A stretch of DNA of 23,631 nt from Candidatus Latescibacterota bacterium. Lineage in GTDB: Bacteria > Latescibacterota > UBA2968 > GCA-2709665. Below, piece after piece: positions 9,495 to 17,294 of this stretch. A program made the translations under genes and the position numbers. The notes under the pieces are model-generated. The model was not told the origin of the DNA. It saw nothing but the letters and a program-made list of their open reading frames with translations, and did no database searches. Numbering within the stretch: the stretch's first letter is position 1; the number at the start of each line of letters is the position of its first letter. The stretch covers positions 1 to 23,631 of the forward strand of contig CAXXJS010000003.1 in assembly GCA_963662665.2 (NCBI GenBank), in the 5' to 3' direction.

Positions 9495-9552
9495 GGAATC
9501 CGGAAAGTCGCGACCCGACCTGCGCCGACCCCATAGCTGCGAATGATTGCCG

Positions 9553-10179
9553 CTAAGTATTCATCCGGGTAAGCATATCGCGGTCGTTGAGGTAGGGGAC
9601 GGACCCGTCCAGAAACGCCTGGAGGAGGCCTTCCGGCGTGAGGTCGGACGTGTCGATTTCAAACTTGCGCATGATCCAGCAGGCCCTGAACTCCGCCTGG
9701 AATTCGTCAAGGATCTCCTGGACGTCCTCCTTAGGGACGATGTGATAGGTGTGGCGGTTTTCCTCAATACGTTTTTCGATGACGTCGGCGCGGGCTTTGA
9801 GATGGACCAGAATAGTGTCCTTCGGCATTTCGGCTTCCCATGACCTTGGCGTTTCGGAGAGGCGGCCTATGGCGGGGTAGTAGTAACGGGGGCCATAGAT
9901 GTCTTCCTCGATGTGAAATCCGCCCAGCAGAATGTGTTCGTACTTGTTGATCAGCCGGACGTGGTACGCAAGCTGAAAGCGCTGGTATCGTTCCTTGATG
10001 GCTTCGGGCAGACCCAGCATGATCCGCTGGTCGCCTTCCGTATTGAGCATCTGGCAGTCGGGAATGCTGAAGTGGTCGTCCAGGTGATGGACGATGCCCC
10101 GATCCCGACCCCACTGCATCAGGCCGTCAAAGAGCGTTGTTTTACCGGTGTACTCACAACCGATTGCGATGATGCGCAT
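9553..10179 (-). CDS. P-loop NTPase, nucleoside/nucleotide kinase-like fold
   Basis: N-terminal IIAIGCEYTGKTT Walker A, and ILVHLKARADVIEKR resembling the NMP-kinase lid entry. ATG 10179 follows GAGGAG. Confidence 0.7.
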   Translation of the reverse strand: MRIIAIGCEYTGKTTLFDGLMQWGRDRGIVHHLDDHFSIPDCQMLNTEGDQRIMLGLPEAIKERYQRFQLAYHVRLINKYEHILLGGFHIEEDIYGPRYYYPAIGRLSETPRSWEAEMPKDTILVHLKARADVIEKRIEENRHTYHIVPKEDVQEILDEFQAEFRACWIMRKFEIDTSDLTPEGLLQAFLDGSVPYLNDRDMLTRMNT

Positions 10180-10322
10180 GGTAAGTTCTCCTCGATTAGG
10201 TGAACGTCCGCGGGCGATCCGTGGACTGTCCCGAGAGACGGAATGTCGACGCTTGTTGATTTTCAACGATTGCTTTCAGCTGTACGCTGAAATCTAACGG
10301 CTCATTGCTGCTTTCTCCTCGG

Positions 10323-10414
10323 CAAGACTGTAGACGCAAGACGTCAGAGAACCCGATCCGACCCCAATAGTCTTTCGCGTTTTTCCTCTTCTAACGTCTC
10401 ACTTCTCCCGTCTT
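10323..10414. repeat. Imperfect palindromic element with 7-bp-periodic arms
   Basis: AGA at 10325/10332/10339/10346 and TCT at 10390/10397/10404/10411. Related to the element at 19111-19230. Confidence 0.55.
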
Positions 10415-11182
10415 CCCACGGTTGGGCTGGATGGGCGTGGTGACGGCTTGAATGAATGCTTTGACGCGGTTGACATCGGTAACGTCGTGTGAGAATTCAG
10501 GCGGGCGTAACTCGCCGCCCATAAAGGCGTTCGGGTTGCGGTACGTCATCCGGCCGGGAACGCTGCTCGCGGCGGCAACGTGGATTTCGCGGGCGCCTGT
10601 GCCGGCGACGACCTTCGCGACGTTGCGTTCGGTAATTCCGCCGCCGGGCATGACCACGATCCGACCGGCGGCCTTCTCGATCAACCCGGCGATAAGATCG
10701 ATCCCTTCCAGCGCAGATACTTCCCGGCCCGAAGTGAGTACCCTGTCCACGCCCAGTGAAATCAGGTCTTCCAGCGCGCGGTGTGGATCGGCGGTCATGT
10801 CGAACGCGCGGTGGAACGTTACCGGAAGCGGGCGGATTCGTTCGATGAGGGCGCCCGTACGCTCCACGTCGATCGATCCGTTCGGATTCAGGATGCCGAT
10901 CACTATCCCGTCAACGCCCGATTCGGCGGCAATTTCAACGTCCCTCAACATCGTTTCGAACTCCACGTTGGAATAACAGAAGTCTCCTCCTCGCGGCCGG
11001 ACGATGACGTTGAGACCGATGTCAATATGCTGGCGGGCAACCTGAACGGCCCCCGCGCTGGGGGTTGTGCCGCCTTCTATCAGGTTGTCGCACAACTCTA
11101 CGCGATTTGCGCCGGCCTCCTGCGCGGAGATGGCGCCCTGTGCGGATCCCACGCAGATTTCAAACAACAATGGCGTATTCAA
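10391..11182 (-). CDS. cutC: CutC family TIM-barrel protein
   Basis: FEICV, GANRVELC, GGTTPS, RPRGGDF, TFHRAFD, VLTSG and MPGGGI. TTG start at 11182 follows GGAGG. Confidence 0.92.
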   Translation of the reverse strand: MNTPLLFEICVGSAQGAISAQEAGANRVELCDNLIEGGTTPSAGAVQVARQHIDIGLNVIVRPRGGDFCYSNVEFETMLRDVEIAAESGVDGIVIGILNPNGSIDVERTGALIERIRPLPVTFHRAFDMTADPHRALEDLISLGVDRVLTSGREVSALEGIDLIAGLIEKAAGRIVVMPGGGITERNVAKVVAGTGAREIHVAAASSVPGRMTYRNPNAFMGGELRPPEFSHDVTDVNRVKAFIQAVTTPIQPNRGKTGEVRR

Positions 11183-11258
11183 TTTGCACCTCCGTCCGTG
11201 ACGTGGTCGATCCGCCGCAGTCCGGGCCGAGACCTGTTGGTTGGGACGGGACAAGGCC

Positions 11259-14200
11259 CTACCCGATATATCCGAACTCCATATCGTCCACCCACAGGAC
11301 CTGGTCGGGTTCTCCCCCACCATTGAACGCGATGGACACGGTTGTGTAGCCCGGTTGGACGTCCAGTTCCGCCCGGTATTCCGTCCATGCCTCGCCGGAT
11401 TGGATGGGGACGACGAGGTGGGTGTCCTGCTGGCCGGACACGCAAACCCGGGCATGGGTGGCGGAACCCCTGGCTTTGAACCGAAGGTGGTAGCGTCCGG
11501 CGGTGCGAAGACGCATCGGGCGGCTCTTCAGCGACATGGGGTCCCCGGGCCTCGTAAACTTGAGACACGCGCCGCCTTCATCGGCATCCTCCGTACTCCA
11601 CGCCGGCCAGCCAAGATCATGGGTACGGGGGTGTTGGACGTTCCAGTGACGGGGCGGGTAATCCACAATACCGGCTTCAAAACCGCCGTTGCAAAGCAGG
11701 TTGACAAGCCGGCCCTCGTGGCTCTCTACAAGGGTTGCACTCAGACGCGGTCGAGCCGCCCGCGGATAGCGAACGAAGATTTCCGTGCCTTCTCTCAGGC
11801 AGCCGGTGGCGCGCCCTTTCCCGCGTACGCTCACGTCCGGGTCCCACCGGTCCTGAACGAGCAATTCCGCGCCTTCCGCGACGACTTTATAGACGCCGGG
11901 CTCGCGCGGCGAAAATTCGGCAAAGGCGATGATGTCCCCATTATCCGCGACGGCAGTCTGCAAATCCAACGTCTGCCGGCCATCACCGTCCACAAGCGTC
12001 AAATGAAGCGGTTCCGGGATTGTCGCAAAATCTGCGACAGGGTCAATCCAAAGGACGGCCTCGCCTGCGCCGCTCAACTCGATTCTTACTTTCCGTTCAC
12101 GCCACGTAAAATCGACCGGTTCCGCCTTGTCAGGACGGTCCGGCGGCGAAATAAACACGGATTTCGGTTCTTCGGGCAAGTGGATGGAGAGGCTCACTGG
12201 CGTCTGATGCCGGACGTGGATTTGCGCTGCAACGCTGCGCGAGTCGTAATTCGCCGCCGCGTCGCAATCCGCGTTTGCTGCCAGAAGAATCTCCCCATCC
12301 AGGCTTAGCCGGGAGCCCCCTTGCAGCAGCCAGCGTTGAAGTCCGTCTCCGCCGTGACTGACATTGACCACCCTGGCGTCCGACTGGATACCCGCGCCTT
12401 CGATCGCGCCGCCCCACCGGGTCCGGAACAGGACGCACTCGGATCCGTTTCCGGACTGAAAACAGACGCCTTCTGCGCCATCCGCCTCCACGCGGCGGAC
12501 ATGATCAACTCGCGGTCCGTCCGTATCCCTGTACGTATGCAACACCGCCATGAGTTGCGCACTGGCGCGCTGTTCAGTTGTAACCCGGATATGCCACTGC
12601 TGGGGGAAGGCTTCGGTAACGCGGCACCAGTCCCGCGTTTTCAGGGGAAAGGGCCGGTCGTTGTTCTGCGAGTACTTCAACTTACCGTTTGCCAGGTGGC
12701 GGACCAGAAGGCGCTGGTCCCGCTGCCGGACAGTCATGGATTGATTGCTTTCGTCAATATCCGCGCTTTCGAACGTGTTGAGCGTCCAGGTGTATTCCCG
12801 CGGTTCAGGCGCATCCAGGTCGTCACAGATGACGAAAACGTCCGGCCGGATGAAGAGGACGTGGCGGTGAAACCCTTCGAGCAGTTCCCCGTACGCGCCT
12901 GAAGCGTCTCCGGTGAAGAAACAGACGTCGGGCGTATTGAAAAAGGCCGTTATCTCTCCTTTGTGGGCGATCCCCCGGCGCTGGTTTTCGCCGTCCACGA
13001 GGATGGTATTGTGCGCCTGTGTGGTCCGGGTCCATTGGGCGTGGTACGTGTCTCCGTAATAGGTGTAATACCCCGCGTCGCAGCAGAGGATCTCACCTCC
13101 CGCGTGGATGACGAATCCGTTCTGGTCCTGGTGTGCGTGGCTGTGATCGCCCCAGGGGCTGCTGCGGAAGAAGATGCGGCTGCTTCCGTGATCGTAGAAC
13201 CGGTTGTAAGCTGCGAGTTGGCCGACGTCGGGAAACAGGCGGGCCTGCGCGATATCCACCGGCGGCCTGGGCTTTACGCCGCTGCCGGAGAGATACTGGA
13301 GCGGAAGGTGGACCGGGTTGCAGATCCGTGTATCGCTCCACCACTTGACGCAGGGGTTGTCCGTCATCGACGCAAGAAACGCAGAGACGTACGTATCGGC
13401 GTCGCTGCCGAAATTGGGGTCGAACAGGGAATAGCAGTCACCCCAGTGGTTCCACCAGTAATTGAGGGACATGCAGTAGAGCCAGAACGCGCCGGTATTC
13501 TGCCACCGGGGTTCCCTGAAGACGTCCAGACCCGTTGCGGTCTTGAGGGCAGCCAGGGCCTCCAGGATGAATTGCACTTTGTGCCCGTACTTCTGGCCTT
13601 CGGTGTACCCGCCATCGCTGCTTCCCCAGGCGACCCTGTTCACGTACTGGCGGATGAGGTAGTCGGCACATTCCCGGGTCCGGGCGGATTCGGTCGCGAT
13701 GGCCAGAACCGTGGGCAGAAGCGCGTGCATGCACTGTTGACCGTGGGAATTCTGATAATTCAGGTGGATCTGAAGTCCTTCGCGGATCCACTTGTAGGCC
13801 GCTTCGCAATGAAACTCGATGTGTTCCATTACTCTTGAACGTTCCCGGGGCGTAAGCAGACCGTAGAGTCGATCGTACGCGAGAGCCATGCCCTTCAGTC
13901 CGTATTCGTAGCAGTAGACGACGGTGTCGTGCTGCCCCCGGTCTTCCTGGTGGACGTCGACGCGGAAGTTCGAGATGAAGGTCATCCAACGCCGCGCGGC
14001 CTCGGCGTACTGTCTCTCGCCCGAAATCAGATAAGCAAACGAGAGCGCGTTGACGTTATCGGCGCATCGCTTGAGGTCGCCGATCCGGAAGTTTGCCGGG
14101 AACGTGATACGGCCGTCTTTCAGATGAAAGACCTGACCGCGCCGTTCCGACAGGTTCGCCGGCACGGATTGCAGGTTCAACTCGGGCAGTTTGCCATGAA

Positions 14201-14681
14201 CCGTGGCATCCGCCCGTTGTCTGAGGTGACGCCAGGCTTCACGGCCGGCGCCATGCCTGCGGGCGCGGAAGTCTTCAAGGGTGTCTGGTGTTACAAAGAT
14301 GCGGGGGTGGTCCGGCATTGTGTCGAGAATACGCTCCGTCGGGGGTACGGGAAGCGGGACCGATTCGGGCGTGATGCGAAAGCTGCGGACGGGTCCGGGT
14401 CGGGACTCCTCGCCTTCGGAGGTGACCGCGAAGTAACGCCAGTACCACGTTCCGTAGGCCAGTTCGATCGACGGATTGTAAAATGGCATGTCGATTCCCG
14501 TGCAGCGGATGACCTTCTTCCGGAATCGGGGATTCCTGCAGAACTCCGCGATGTACGTGGCGGCCCTGTCATCTGCGCGCCAGATCAGGGAAGGGGGATT
14601 CTGGACCACGACGGCGTCGTCGTCGGGTGTGATCGGCGGGTGGCGGTCCGGCGGGGGCGACGTATCGACGTTAAAAGCCAT
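11259..14681 (-). CDS. DUF4962 + heparinase II/III-like polysaccharide lyase with C-terminal CBM-like domain
   Basis: N-terminal QNPPSLIW...GTWYWRY, NSH and GGYTEGQKY, FPDVG, HAHQDQNGF, AHNTILVDG, and C-terminal NLLCNGGFE...LWVDDMEF. No signal peptide is visible. Confidence 0.8.
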   Translation of the reverse strand: MAFNVDTSPPPDRHPPITPDDDAVVVQNPPSLIWRADDRAATYIAEFCRNPRFRKKVIRCTGIDMPFYNPSIELAYGTWYWRYFAVTSEGEESRPGPVRSFRITPESVPLPVPPTERILDTMPDHPRIFVTPDTLEDFRARRHGAGREAWRHLRQRADATVHGKLPELNLQSVPANLSERRGQVFHLKDGRITFPANFRIGDLKRCADNVNALSFAYLISGERQYAEAARRWMTFISNFRVDVHQEDRGQHDTVVYCYEYGLKGMALAYDRLYGLLTPRERSRVMEHIEFHCEAAYKWIREGLQIHLNYQNSHGQQCMHALLPTVLAIATESARTRECADYLIRQYVNRVAWGSSDGGYTEGQKYGHKVQFILEALAALKTATGLDVFREPRWQNTGAFWLYCMSLNYWWNHWGDCYSLFDPNFGSDADTYVSAFLASMTDNPCVKWWSDTRICNPVHLPLQYLSGSGVKPRPPVDIAQARLFPDVGQLAAYNRFYDHGSSRIFFRSSPWGDHSHAHQDQNGFVIHAGGEILCCDAGYYTYYGDTYHAQWTRTTQAHNTILVDGENQRRGIAHKGEITAFFNTPDVCFFTGDASGAYGELLEGFHRHVLFIRPDVFVICDDLDAPEPREYTWTLNTFESADIDESNQSMTVRQRDQRLLVRHLANGKLKYSQNNDRPFPLKTRDWCRVTEAFPQQWHIRVTTEQRASAQLMAVLHTYRDTDGPRVDHVRRVEADGAEGVCFQSGNGSECVLFRTRWGGAIEGAGIQSDARVVNVSHGGDGLQRWLLQGGSRLSLDGEILLAANADCDAAANYDSRSVAAQIHVRHQTPVSLSIHLPEEPKSVFISPPDRPDKAEPVDFTWRERKVRIELSGAGEAVLWIDPVADFATIPEPLHLTLVDGDGRQTLDLQTAVADNGDIIAFAEFSPREPGVYKVVAEGAELLVQDRWDPDVSVRGKGRATGCLREGTEIFVRYPRAARPRLSATLVESHEGRLVNLLCNGGFEAGIVDYPPRHWNVQHPRTHDLGWPAWSTEDADEGGACLKFTRPGDPMSLKSRPMRLRTAGRYHLRFKARGSATHARVCVSGQQDTHLVVPIQSGEAWTEYRAELDVQPGYTTVSIAFNGGGEPDQVLWVDDMEFGYIG

Positions 14682-14736
14682 GTGCTGAACTCAATTGAAT
14701 ATTGGAATTTTCCTGCGCTCACGTTGTTCCCGGCAC

Positions 14737-14766
14737 AATATAGCAACCCCTCCGGCCAACAGGCAA
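14737..14766 (-). promoter_or_regulatory. Putative sigma70 promoter for the lyase gene
   Basis: TTGCCT, 18-bp spacer, TATATT preceded by TG (extended -10). Confidence 0.45.
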
Positions 14767-14771
14767 GCACC

Positions 14772-14800
14772 TTGACATGCCGATGGCGCAGGAGTATCTT
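14772..14800 (+). promoter_or_regulatory. Sigma70-type promoter for the lipoprotein-DUF350-SDR-aminopropyltransferase operon
   Basis: TTGACA (14772-14777), 17-bp spacer, TATCTT (14795-14800). Confidence 0.6.
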
Positions 14801-14937
14801 TGTACTGAAGTCGAACTTGCGAAATGCGCACTTCACGCTGATGGTATCCCAACCACAAGAACAGACTCTTGATATCTTTTAGTATCCGCGTCTTCGGGCA
14901 AGCCGCGTTTCTCTGGAGTTGCGATAAGGAGATGCTT

Positions 14938-15618
14938 ATGCGACAGTTGCGATGGCCGGCAATTGCATTCGTCACACTCTGCGTTGCCGGGTGCGGCACA
15001 CGGGACCCCGTTCAGGAAATGCGGAAAAGCCTGGCAAACGCGCCCGAGTATATGATCATACTGGACGATATGAGAGAAACAGGCACGTTCTCCACGGACT
15101 ACTACCATAAGTATACGGTGGTACAGGGGGAGCGGCAGCGCACGACGGATTGGATCGAGGTGTCCTACGAGGTCTATCGGAAATACCAACCGTTTCTTGG
15201 CATGGCCATTGTGGCCAAGTCGGACAAAGGGGTGAACGATACGCCCCATCCGCCCGGATACCACTACGTCGGAAACTCGCATTACGGGCATTGGGGCGGC
15301 GGCGGAAGTTTCTGGGTGTTCTACGGTCAATACGCGATGATGCGGAGTTTAATGGGCGGGGGCTACGGGGGGCAGATCTACAGAAACGACTACAACGACT
15401 ATCGCAACAACCGGGACCGGCGGCGGCCGTACTATGGTCGCAACCGCGAGTACGGTACCGCGGGGTCGGTCACGAAAAGGCAAAGGCCGGGGTTTTACAA
15501 GCGCCGGCAACAGGCGATGGCAAACAGGCAGCGGTCCTTCTCCCAGAGGGTCAGGGACCGGTCCGGTCGCAGCAGGTCGGGCTTTGGCAGCCGCAGCAGA
15601 GGGAGGTTCGGAAAATGA
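14938..15618 (+). CDS. Lipoprotein with Arg/Gly/Ser/Tyr-rich low-complexity tail ending RGRFGK
   Basis: ATG 14938 lies 6 nt after TAAGGAG. Signal MRQLRWPAIAFVTLC followed by lipobox VAG|C. The tail SRSGFGSRSRGRFGK recalls the GFG tails of lipoproteins next to DUF350 genes. Confidence 0.8.
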   Translation: MRQLRWPAIAFVTLCVAGCGTRDPVQEMRKSLANAPEYMIILDDMRETGTFSTDYYHKYTVVQGERQRTTDWIEVSYEVYRKYQPFLGMAIVAKSDKGVNDTPHPPGYHYVGNSHYGHWGGGGSFWVFYGQYAMMRSLMGGGYGGQIYRNDYNDYRNNRDRRRPYYGRNREYGTAGSVTKRQRPGFYKRRQQAMANRQRSFSQRVRDRSGRSRSGFGSRSRGRFGK

Positions 15619-16460
15619 TGTGGGACAGTTTGCTGGAATCGGGGATTTACCTGGTCTGCGCGTACGTGTTGTTCTGGATTGGCAAGTTGGTTTACGACTG
15701 GACCACGCCGAGCTACCGCGTGAAGGAAGAGCTTGTGGAAAAGGACAACTCGGCATTGTCAGTGGCAATGGCCGGGTACTTCTTCGGACTGGTGATGGCC
15801 ATCGGAGGGGTGATTTCAGGCCCGTCGCATGGGCTGGAGCTCGACCTGATCGACGTACTCATTTACGGACCGCTGTCGATCGTGCTGATGAATCTGGCCC
15901 GGATTATCAACGACCGGTTGATCCTGCACCAGTTCTCGATTCGGGATGAAATCATCCGGGATCAGAACGCCGGCACGGGCGCCGTGGTATGCGCCTCATA
16001 CATCGCCACCGGTCTGGTAATTTTCGGCGCCGTGTCCGGCGAACTGGGCGGCTTGGGCATAACGGTCGCGTTCTGGGTGCTGGGGCAGGCGGCGCTGGTG
16101 CTGGCGGGCATCGTCTACAACTGGACGACGCCCTACGATCTGCATTCGGAAATCGAACGGGACAACGTGGCGGCGGGTGTGGCCTTTGCGGGCGCGCTGG
16201 TAGGTATCGGCATTGTGGTGCGGCACGCGGTCTCCGGAGACTTTATCTCCTGGACGGCGAGCCTGCAGGACTTCGCGCTTGAGGTGGTTCTGGGTCTGGT
16301 TCTGTTGCTCGTGGTTCGGGTTGCCACGGACAAGATCCTGCTGCCGGGCCTGAACCTGTCGGCGGAAATCTCGGATCCCGAGAACCCTCACCTGGGCGCA
16401 GGATTCATCGAAGCGTTTTCGTACGTGGGTGCGTCGCTGCTGATTGTGTGGGCCCTTTAG
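15615..16460 (+). CDS. DUF350 membrane protein (duplicated domain, YjfL-like)
   Basis: ATGA overlap with the upstream stop. Repeats TTPSYRVKEELVEKDNSAL, IRDEIIRDQNAG and TTPYDLHSEIERDNVAAG separate the hydrophobic helices. Confidence 0.88.
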   Translation: MMWDSLLESGIYLVCAYVLFWIGKLVYDWTTPSYRVKEELVEKDNSALSVAMAGYFFGLVMAIGGVISGPSHGLELDLIDVLIYGPLSIVLMNLARIINDRLILHQFSIRDEIIRDQNAGTGAVVCASYIATGLVIFGAVSGELGGLGITVAFWVLGQAALVLAGIVYNWTTPYDLHSEIERDNVAAGVAFAGALVGIGIVVRHAVSGDFISWTASLQDFALEVVLGLVLLLVVRVATDKILLPGLNLSAEISDPENPHLGAGFIEAFSYVGASLLIVWAL

Positions 16461-16472
16461 GAAGTCGCAATA

Positions 16473-17273
16473 ATGGGAAATCGCCTCAAAGATAAGATCG
16501 CGATCGTGACGGGAGCCGGTTCGGTCGGGCCCGGATGGGGTAACGGAAAGGCGGCGGCCGTTCTCTTTGCGCGAGAAGGCGCCCGTATATTCGCCGTGGA
16601 CCTCAATCCGGAGGCGGCGGACGAGACCCGTGAGATAATCATGCGCGAAGGCGGTGAATGTACGGCTCACACGGCGGATGTGTCCCGGTCCGAAGACGTG
16701 GCAGCCATGGTCGCGCGGTGCCTCCGTACGTACGACCGTATTGACATTCTGCACAATAATGTCGGCATTCTGCATGTCGGGGGATGCGTTGAACTGAGTG
16801 AGGAAACCTGGGACCGCGTGGTAGACGTGAACCTCAAGAGTATGTTCCTGACCTGCAAGCACGTGCTTCCCGGGATGGAACGCCAGGGCGGCGGGGCGAT
16901 TGTGAATATTTCTTCAATTACCTCGATCCGCTGGTTGGGCGTGCCCTATGTTTCCTATAGCGCAACCAAGGGCGGGGTGAATCAACTCACCCAGAGTATT
17001 GCCATGCAGTATGCAAAGAAGAACATCCGTGCCAACTCCATATTGCCCGGATTCATGAACACGCCCATGGTGGCTAAATCACTTGCCGAATTCTACGCGA
17101 AGGGCGACGTGGAGAAAATGATTGAAATCCGCGACAACCAGTGTCCCATGGGCCGGATGGGCGATGCCTGGGACGTGGCTTACGCTGCCCTGTATCTGGC
17201 TTCGGACGAAGCGAAATACGTCACCGGGGCCGAACTCGTCGTGGATGGCGGGTTGACGTGTAAGGTTGTATAG
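16473..17273 (+). CDS. Short-chain dehydrogenase/reductase (classical SDR)
   Basis: IVTGAGSVGPGWGNG, NNVG, IVNISS, YSATK (YxxxK), IRANSILPG and VTGAELVVDGG. Confidence 0.93.
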   Translation: MGNRLKDKIAIVTGAGSVGPGWGNGKAAAVLFAREGARIFAVDLNPEAADETREIIMREGGECTAHTADVSRSEDVAAMVARCLRTYDRIDILHNNVGILHVGGCVELSEETWDRVVDVNLKSMFLTCKHVLPGMERQGGGAIVNISSITSIRWLGVPYVSYSATKGGVNQLTQSIAMQYAKKNIRANSILPGFMNTPMVAKSLAEFYAKGDVEKMIEIRDNQCPMGRMGDAWDVAYAALYLASDEAKYVTGAELVVDGGLTCKVV

Positions 17274-17294
17274 CGGGGGATAGAAGAAGAGGGT

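Noticed and set aside
11183-11455. N-terminal extension of cutC
   Set aside because: It overlaps the lyase 3' end. GGAGG plus TTG at 11182 matches the usual CutC start.
11241-14882. Chain of long + strand ORFs (355, 193, 291 and 317 aa)
   Set aside because: Antisense shadows of the 1140-aa lyase.
15150-15614. 155-aa N-terminal extension of the DUF350 ORF
   Set aside because: It overlaps the lipoprotein in another frame. The likely true start is the ATGA-coupled ATG at 15615/15618 with GGGAGG upstream.
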